Made by a program: the position numbers and the translations under genes. Below, in pieces: positions 1 to 5,221 of a DNA stretch of 5,221 bases (position 1 is its first letter; each line of letters opens with the position of its first letter). Origin of the DNA: Octopus sinensis (taxonomy: Eukaryota). The notes beneath the pieces were generated by a model, which did no database searches, was not told the DNA's origin, and worked only from the letters and a program-made list of their open reading frames with translations. Where the stretch lies: assembly GCF_006345805.1 (NCBI RefSeq), contig NW_021830116.1:1-5221 (forward strand), written 5' to 3'.

Positions 1-597
1 TAATTAATTGAACATTGCTAGCAGAAATGGAGAATGAAATAAAATGTAAAATAAATGAAAAAAAATAAAAATAAAGAGAAAAAGAAAAAGAAAAATCAAA
101 AACAAAAAAGAAATTTTTTTTTTTTTTTTTTAGATCTATAACACTATAAACCAGAATGAGGACCAATCAGGTTTTGACCGAGAGTCGTTAGTAATTATAT
201 GTGTGGAACAAGAAGTGACATAATCAGAAATTGATCGTGAGTTGATATTGGAAACAGATCAAGACCGATATTGGAATTATAGAATGAGGGAAAAAAAGAA
301 AAACAGAACTGAGCCAGAATGGTTATGGAATGGAATTGTAGTTAGAAATCTAGAACAAGGATGATTATCAGAAGTGAAAGAAAAGGGGAAAAAATAGTGG
401 ACTAAAACTGAACAGATTGATGACCAGAATAATAAAAACATGAACAAAAGCTGGTGGAGGAATAATAAAGAATATCAGAATAACAAAACGACAAAAAAGG
501 AGAATAGACAGTTTGGGATTAAGATAAATGACCTGGTCCTAGAATGAGGACAACAGCTTGTATAAGAATCATCATCATCAGTATCATTGTTGTTTAA

Positions 598-794
598 CCC
601 TTTTGATACCAACTCAGCCAAATGTCTTGTTTCTATAAGTTTTGAATTAAAATCTTCCACCAAACCTTAGTCACAATTTATGTTCCCAACACTAGCTTAA
701 TGATAACTAAGTTATTTTACTAAATTCTTTGTTATATTTACAATTAATTGAAAAAAGCACAGAGCATCTCAACAGAAATATGGTAACAAATGGG
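598..794. mobile_element. TTAA-type (piggyBac-like) MITE family A, copy 1, internally deleted (197 bp)
   Basis: TTAA at 594-597, then CCCTTTTGATACC; ends GGTAACAAATGGG followed by TTGA. Body nearly identical to copies 2 and 3 but 25 bp shorter near the left end. Confidence 0.8.
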
Positions 795-825
795 TTGAAA
801 TATATAATAGAGAAACAATTGTTAA

Positions 826-1047
826 CCCTTTCGATACCGACCTGGTTGAAACCACTTCTGGCTCTGTAGTACAAATGTCTTGTTTTCATAAGTTTTGAAT
901 TAAAATCTTCCACCAAACCTTAGTCACAATTTATGTTCGGAACACTAGCTTAATGATAACCAAGTTATTTTACTAAATTCTTTGTTATATTTAAAATTAA
1001 TTGAAAAAAGCACAGAGCATCTCAACAGAAATATGGTAACAAAAGGG
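826..1047. mobile_element. TTAA-type MITE family A, copy 2 (222 bp)
   Basis: TTAA at 822-825; left end CCCTTTCGATACC, right end GGTAACAAAAGGG (imperfect 13-bp TIR), then TTGA. Confidence 0.85.
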
Positions 1048-1078
1048 TTGAAATATATAATACAGAAACAATTCTTAA

Positions 1079-1300
1079 CCCTTTTTGGTACCAACCTGGT
1101 TAAAACCGCCTCTGGCTCTGTGGTAAAATGTCTTGTTTTCATAAGTATTGAATTAAAATCTTCCTCCAAACCTTAGTCACAATTTATGTTCCCAACACTA
1201 GCTTAATGATAACTAAGTTCTTTTACTAAATTCTTTGTTATTTTTAAAATTAATTGAATGAAACACAGAGCATCTCAAAATAAATACGGTAATGAAAGGG
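1079..1300. mobile_element. TTAA-type MITE family A, copy 3 (222 bp)
   Basis: TTAA at 1075-1078, CCCTTT...AAAGGG termini, TTAA at 1301-1304; starts 253 bp after copy 2. Confidence 0.85.
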
Positions 1301-1446
1301 TTAACGTCCACTTTCCATGCTAGCATGGGTTGGACGGTTCAACTGGGGTCTGGGAAGCCAGGAGGTTGCACCAGGCTCCAGTCTGATCTGGCAGTGTTTC
1401 TACGGCTGGATGCCCTTTCTAATGCCAACCACTCCATCGTGTAGTG

Positions 1447-1755
1447 GGTGCTTTTTACATGCCACTGACACAGGTGCCAGATGAGGCTGGCAAACGGCCA
1501 CAATCGGATGGTGCTTTTTACATGCCACCGGCACGGAGGCCAGGCGAGGCTGGCAAACGGCCACGATCGGATGGTGACTTTTACGTGCCACCAGCACCAC
1601 GGGGGCCAGGCGAGGCTGACAAACGGCTATGATCAGATGGTGCTTTTTACGTACCACTGGCACAGAGGCCAGGCAAAGCTGGTAACGGCCATGATCGGAT
1701 GGTGCTTTTTATGTGTCATCGGCATGGAGGCTAGTCAGGGCGGCACTGGCTACGG
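1447..1755. repeat. GC-rich minisatellite, about 5 copies of a 62-66 bp unit, inside the retroposon
   Basis: Units begin GGTGCTTTTTA(C/T) (GGTGACTTTTAC in unit 3) at 1447, 1510, 1573, 1639 and 1701; spacings 63, 63, 66, 62; last unit diverged and partial. Confidence 0.92.
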
Positions 1756-1877
1756 AAAAATGAAAATCATAATTATTTGAGCAACAAGAAAGCTGCCCAT
1801 ACAGTAACAAGAATAGCTATCAGTTATTGGAATAAGATAGATTACTACTGTAACAAAAAAAAGGTTTTCAACATTAA

Positions 1878-2451
1878 CCCTTTAGAATTTAGACTAGCCA
1901 TATCCAGCCAAAAATATTCTGCTTGCTTTGTGTTCATACTGGCTAAATCCAGCCTCAACCTGACCTACAATGTCATTCCAAAAACAAACAATCTCAGCAA
2001 TGAAATCTTGAAGCTACAAGATAATACAAGATTAATTCAAAACAATGTAAATATATAAGCATTATATACTTTAGTTAGTTCGTGAAGGCGCGTGGTTTAG
2101 TGGTTAGGGCATTCGGCTCACGATTGCAAGGTCGTGAGTTCGATTCCAAACGACGCATTGTGTCCTTGAGCAAGACACTTTATTTCATGTTGCTCCAGTC
2201 CACTCAGCTGGCAAAAATGAGTTGTACCTGTATTTCAAAGGGCCGGCCTTGTCACACTGTGTGTCACGCTGAATCTCCCTGAGAACTACGTTAAGGGTAC
2301 ACGTGTCTGTGGAGTGCTCAGCCACTTGCACATTAATTTCACGAGCAGGCTGTTCTGTTGATCGTATCAGCTGGGGCCCTTGTCATCGTAACCAACGGAG
2401 TGCTCCCTTAATATGCTTTAGTTTAATCAGAGTAAATTGAATGCTAAAGGG
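1878..2451. mobile_element. TTAA-type MITE family B (~227 bp without the inserted SINE)
   Basis: TTAA at 1874-1877; left end CCCTTTAGAATT and right end AATGCTAAAGGG (11/12 inverted match), then TTAT. Internal sequence is not obviously related to family A. Confidence 0.78.
2077..2410 (+). mobile_element. tRNA-derived CORE-type SINE, apparently full length, inserted in MITE B
   Basis: Pol III A box TGGTTTAGTGG at 2093-2103, B box GTTCGATTCC at 2138-2147, CORE-like TGTGTCCTTGAGCAAGACACTT from 2159. Flanking direct repeats ATATACTTTAGTT (2064-2076) and ATATGCTTTAGTT (2411-2423) match 12/13. Confidence 0.85.
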
Positions 2452-2454
2452 TTA

Positions 2455-2597
2455 TACTGGTCATTTTTGGCGCAAATGTTCTACCTGTTTTACTGGCTAG
2501 ATCCAGCCTTTCATACCTAGCCTACAATGTCATCCTAGAAATAAACAGTCGTATCATGGAAATCCTGAAGCTGATTAATTAAAAACAATGTGAATGA
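2455..2597. mobile_element. Decayed internal fragment of MITE family B with no TIRs
   Basis: Colinear blocks shared with ~1894-2052: TACTGGCTA(G/A)ATCCAGCCT, CCTACAATGTCAT, GAAATC(C/T)TGAAGCT, GATTAATT(A/C)AAAACAATGT. Confidence 0.75.
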
Positions 2598-2669
2598 ACT
2601 AGTGTTAGAATTCAATATACATTATGCTTCAGAGTGAAGCTTTACTTGAGTAAAGAGTGATAATAAGGA

Positions 2670-2739
2670 ATTAGAATGATGAAGGAATAAACACCTATGA
2701 GTGTATTGCATCTTATATCAGAAACAGCTGTAAGCTAAT
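2670..2739 (+). ncRNA. Degenerate minimal type I hammerhead-ribozyme-like motif
   Basis: ATTAG (2670-2674), ATGATGA (2676-2682; core CTGATGA with C>A), imperfect stem II region including ACAC/GTGT, GAAAC-AGCT-GTA (2721-2732), CTAAT (2735-2739) complementary to ATTAG. Confidence 0.45.
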
Positions 2740-2786
2740 GGATGTTCAAAACATAATTGCTTATCCCTTTGTCATTCTAATTTCTT

Positions 2787-2831
2787 ACATACACATATAC
2801 ATGCATGTGTGTGTGTGTGTGAGAGAGAGAG
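2787..2831. repeat. Compound microsatellite (CA/TA)-(TG)n-(GA)n
   Basis: Directly visible: TG run 2806-2821, GA run 2821-2831. Confidence 0.95.
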
Positions 2832-3136
2832 TATTTCAAGGGTTGAACAGAAAGAACCAAAACAAAGAGAAGAATTAGACGAAACACAATACAGGAAAAA
2901 TTCACAGCTGGTTCCCTCATCAGTCAATGTCCAAGACATACTAGTGGTTTCATGCTTTTAACATTGAGAACCACTCCATCTTGGCAGCACCAGGATGTCT
3001 TGGACAGCAGCTGCAAATTTTCCATGCATTCTTGCTTTTGTCCAATTTTCTGCTTGTTATGTTTTTAACTATTTTTCAATTTTTTTGTGTTTTTTGTTGG
3101 TTTGTTGTGTTCTTTCTCTTCAATCCATCGAGATAT
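2831..3136. repeat. Long imperfect inverted repeat (arms ~2831-2946 and ~2988-3136, 41-bp spacer)
   Basis: TGTCCAAGACATACTAGTG (2928-2946) and CACCAGGATGTCTTGGACA (2988-3006) are 17/19 complementary. Similarity continues outward with indels: CAGCTGTGAATTTTTCC vs CAGCTGCAAATTTTCC, and GTTCTTTCTGTTCAACCC vs GTTCTTTCTCTTCAATCC. Confidence 0.75.
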
Positions 3137-3171
3137 TCTATATAATGCAATGCACTACCTGTTTTTTTACT

Positions 3172-3178
3172 TATATAG

Positions 3179-3230
<52 letters not shown>

Positions 3231-3240
3231 ATATGTATGT
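3172..3240. repeat. (TA)n microsatellite
   Basis: Pure AT alternation at 3184-3227 with degenerate flanks. Confidence 0.97.
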
Positions 3241-3431
3241 AAATTTAAAGAAAACAATTTTTAAACAAAAATTATTAATTATCTAAAAAAAATCTTTAAA
3301 AATCAGAATGACATGGTATATGTTATTCTGTTTCATTTTAAGAATTTGTTTTACATAATTAGTAATTTTTATTTTAAGAAAAGCTGTCTTCAGATATTGT
3401 GTCTGTATCAAGAATGGTTTGCAAAAAAATG

Positions 3432-3643
3432 ATATTATATATATATATATTATATCTATATATATACACACACACATATATATATATCACACACATATAT
3501 AATATATATACACACACACACCGATATATAAACATATATATGGTGTGTGTGGATATATATAGTATTTATATCTATATATATATATATATATTCTATATAT
3601 ATCTAATATATATATATAGGTATATTATATATAAATATATATA
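3432..3643. repeat. Degenerate (TA)n/(CA)n compound microsatellite
   Basis: Directly visible interrupted TA and CA runs. Confidence 0.95.
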
Positions 3644-3845
3644 TGAAAAAACAAGTCAAAAATAGAAAATGCTAAGATGATTTTATAGTGAATCTTTCAT
3701 ACCGGTTTCGGTCATTTTGAGACCTTTCAACTGTAACGATTAATAATTAAATTTTGAAAATTTAGAAAAATTAAAGAAAGGTTTTTTAAGGAATACTTCC
3801 ATAGTAGTGTTCATATATATGTGGCATCTGCCTTTCTCTGACTCC
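3644..3845 (-). mobile_element. ~200-bp microsatellite-embedded element with a hammerhead-like motif (candidate Penelope-like pLTR or retrozyme remnant)
   Basis: Unique-looking island with abrupt microsatellite borders on both sides. Contains the motif at 3691-3741 followed on the minus strand by a ~45-nt U-rich tail. The mobile-element call is inference. Confidence 0.45.
3691..3741 (-). ncRNA. Minimal type I hammerhead-ribozyme-like motif with variant or damaged core
   Basis: Minus strand reads AATCGTTACAG-TTGAAA-GGTC-TCAAAAT-GACC-GAAAC-CG-GTA-TGAAAGATT: 4-bp stem II, GAAA, palindromic stem III ACCGGT, GUA cleavage triplet, imperfect stem I (AATC/GATT, TT/AA, CA/TG). The 5' core is one base short of UUGANAA. 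Confidence 0.55.
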
Positions 3846-3960
3846 TATGTATGTATAATATACATACATATATATAATACATTTATACATACATATATAT
3901 ACATATGTGGTATACATACATATACATGCATATATATACATACATACATATATATATATA
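3846..3960. repeat. (TA)n/(TACA)n compound microsatellite
   Basis: Directly visible. Confidence 0.95.
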
Positions 3961-3996
3961 AAACAAATAATAAAGCACACGTGCTTTTGTTCACAG

Positions 3997-4039
3997 CTAC
4001 ACTTGGTAGAAGGAGAAGAAATTAACAGATGGAGTGGAG
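3997..4039 (+). other. Possible 43-bp exon or pseudo-exon
   Basis: Acceptor-like GCTTTTGTTCACAG ending at 3996, consensus donor GAG|GTGAGT at 4039/4040, purine-rich interior, one open frame (LHLVEGEEINRWSG). No protein recognised. Confidence 0.2.
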
Positions 4040-4301
4040 GTGAGTGGCAGTCGGAGATGTTAAATGTAGGCGAGGCGAGGGGAAGTGAAGGAACAATAAT
4101 TAAAGTGGCTGGTGTATCAAGCATTTTGATCAAGATGAAACTAAACTTTTGTGGCAAATTTTGCAAGAAATATATTTTCACTTAATTTCATAATTAATAT
4201 TCAAAAGCACAAAAAAAAAAGAAAAACAAAGGTAATAAAGTGAAAGCAAAATGCTTGTTGATTGTAGATTATGAAAGTTTCCACATAAACAAGCACAAAT
4301 G

Positions 4302-4327
4302 CACACACACACACACACACTCACACA
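4302..4327. repeat. (CA)n microsatellite
   Basis: Directly visible. Confidence 0.95.
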
Positions 4328-4421
4328 AGCGTGAACACTTATATTTTAACAATTTGTTAAGAAAACACATTGCCAGCTATTTTATATCCATATGTCTGCA
4401 TGTGTGAGTGTAAATAAATAC

Positions 4422-4635
4422 ACTCTCGTTACTCTTTTACTTGTTTCAGTCATTTGACTGTGGCCATGCTGGAGCAACACCTTTAATCGAGCAACTCAAA
4501 CCCAGGATTTACCTTTTGTAAGCCTAGTACTTATTCTATCGGTCTCTTTTACCAAAACGCTAAGTTACGGGGACGTAAACACACCAGCATCGGTTGTCAA
4601 GCGATGTTGGGGTGATAGACACACAAACATATACC

Positions 4636-4671
<36 letters not shown>

Positions 4672-4825
4672 CGACAAGCTTCTTTCAGTTTCCGTCTACC
4701 AAATCCACTCACAAGGCTTTGGTCAGCCTGAGGCTATAGTAGAAGACACTTGCCCAAGGTGTCACGCAGTGGGACTGAACCCGGAACCATGTGGTTAGTA
4801 AGCAAGCTACTTACCACACAGCCAC
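4422..4825 (-). mobile_element. tRNA-derived CORE-type SINE with an internal (TA)n(TG)n tract
   Basis: Minus-strand A box TGGCTGTGTGG (4814-4824), B box GGTTCAGTCCC (4771-4781), CORE-like GTGACACCTTGGGCAAGTG (4747-4765), internal microsatellite ~4620-4671, 3' end CAGTCAAATGACTGAAACAAGTAAAAGAGT. Resembles a very abundant octopus SINE (recall). Confidence 0.85.
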
Positions 4826-4828
4826 ATA

Positions 4829-4858
<30 letters not shown>

Positions 4859-4859
<1 letters not shown>

Positions 4860-5010
4860 CGACAGGCTTCTTTCAGTTTCCGTCTACCAAATCCACTCAC
4901 AAGGATTTGGTCGGCCTGAGGCTATAGTAGAAGACGCTTACCCAGTGCCACGCAGTGGACTGAACCCGGAACCATGTGGTTAGTAAGCAAGCTACTTACC
5001 ACACAGCCAC
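4859..5010 (-). mobile_element. Tandem duplicate of the SINE 5' module (tRNA head plus CORE)
   Basis: Near-identical to 4671-4825 with a few substitutions and 3 bp of deletions; separated from it by (TA)n at 4826-4858. Confidence 0.9.
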
Positions 5011-5015
5011 ATATA

Positions 5016-5061
<46 letters not shown>

Positions 5062-5072
5062 ATATAATATAT

Positions 5073-5113
<41 letters not shown>

Positions 5114-5192
5114 TATATATTACACACACACACATATGTAGACATGTATAAACAACACACCCACACATATATATCAACATATATATATATAA
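5011..5192. repeat. Degenerate (TA)n/(CA)n microsatellite
   Basis: Directly visible. Confidence 0.95.
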
Positions 5193-5221
5193 TACCTGAT
5201 TGAGTCAATATTTTCTTTTCA

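Larger units (their letters stand above)
568..1755 (-). mobile_element. 5'-truncated non-autonomous retroposon (SINE-like, probably RTE-LINE mobilised), interrupted by the MITE array at 598-1300
   Basis: (ATC)4 at 568-579 is a (GAT)n tail on the minus strand. Removing 598-1304 rejoins ...TTGTTGTTTAA|CGTCCACTTTCCATGCTAGCATGGGTTGGACG, which I recognise as the 3' end of an abundant octopus repeat. 3' stem-loop at 1305-1336. The minus-strand motif GGTTGGCATTAGAAAGGGCATCCAGCCGTAGAAA (~1397-1430) resembles RTE 5'-UTR-derived SINE bodies (recall). No tRNA head is visible. Confidence 0.75.

Noticed and set aside
114-133. T18-AG as a splice acceptor
   Set aside because: No convincing donor or recognisable coding frame follows; it adjoins an A-rich low-complexity tract.
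475-1176. Three similar minus-strand ORFs (MVEDFNSKL...) resembling a small gene family
   Set aside because: They are translations of the three MITE copies, with non-ATG starts and inconsistent C-termini.
1478-1495. CAGATGAG...CAAAC as a hammerhead core
   Set aside because: Both core halves mismatch, there is no stem II, and other units read CAGGCGAG.
1447-1755. CRISPR-like array
   Set aside because: The whole unit repeats with no unique spacers, there are no cas genes, and the context is eukaryotic.
1400-1780. Repetitive-peptide ORFs on both strands
   Set aside because: Expected from a GC-rich 63-bp unit (a multiple of 3); the 62-bp unit shifts frame and no protein is recognisable.
2086-2157. 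Functional tRNA gene
   Set aside because: A and B boxes are present but the anticodon and acceptor stems do not pair well, and it runs into a CORE domain, so it is a SINE head.
2640-2655. Inverted repeat CTTTACT-TG-AGTAAAG
   Set aside because: Short, AT-rich, 2-nt loop and no supporting context.
3305-3412. Minus-strand CTGAAGA...GAAAC...GTC as a fourth hammerhead
   Set aside because: No convincing stems I, II or III; compatible with chance in AT-rich DNA.
2995-5180. I/Y/H/T/C-rich ORFs
   Set aside because: Stop-poor translations of (TA)n/(CA)n microsatellites and SINE sequence.

Overview
Eukaryotic, AT-rich, almost certainly non-coding (intronic or intergenic) DNA made of nested repeats. 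The SINE families and dense (TA)n/(CA)n tracts resemble octopus (coleoid cephalopod) genomic DNA; this is from recall, not a search. No ORF in the track is credible. From left to right: (1) a minus-strand retroposon with a (GAT)n tail and internal 63-bp tandem repeats, interrupted at a TTAA by a trimer of ~222-bp piggyBac-like MITEs; (2) a second TTAA MITE family carrying a tRNA-derived CORE-type SINE with a 13-bp target-site duplication, followed by a decayed copy; (3) a microsatellite-rich zone with three decayed minimal hammerhead-ribozyme-like motifs, each followed by a U-rich tail and a microsatellite, one inside a ~305-bp foldback; (4) a possible 43-bp exon; (5) a minus-strand CORE-type SINE with a tandemly duplicated head. 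The most interesting signal is the hammerhead-like, microsatellite-anchored short elements, candidate Penelope-like or retrozyme remnants.
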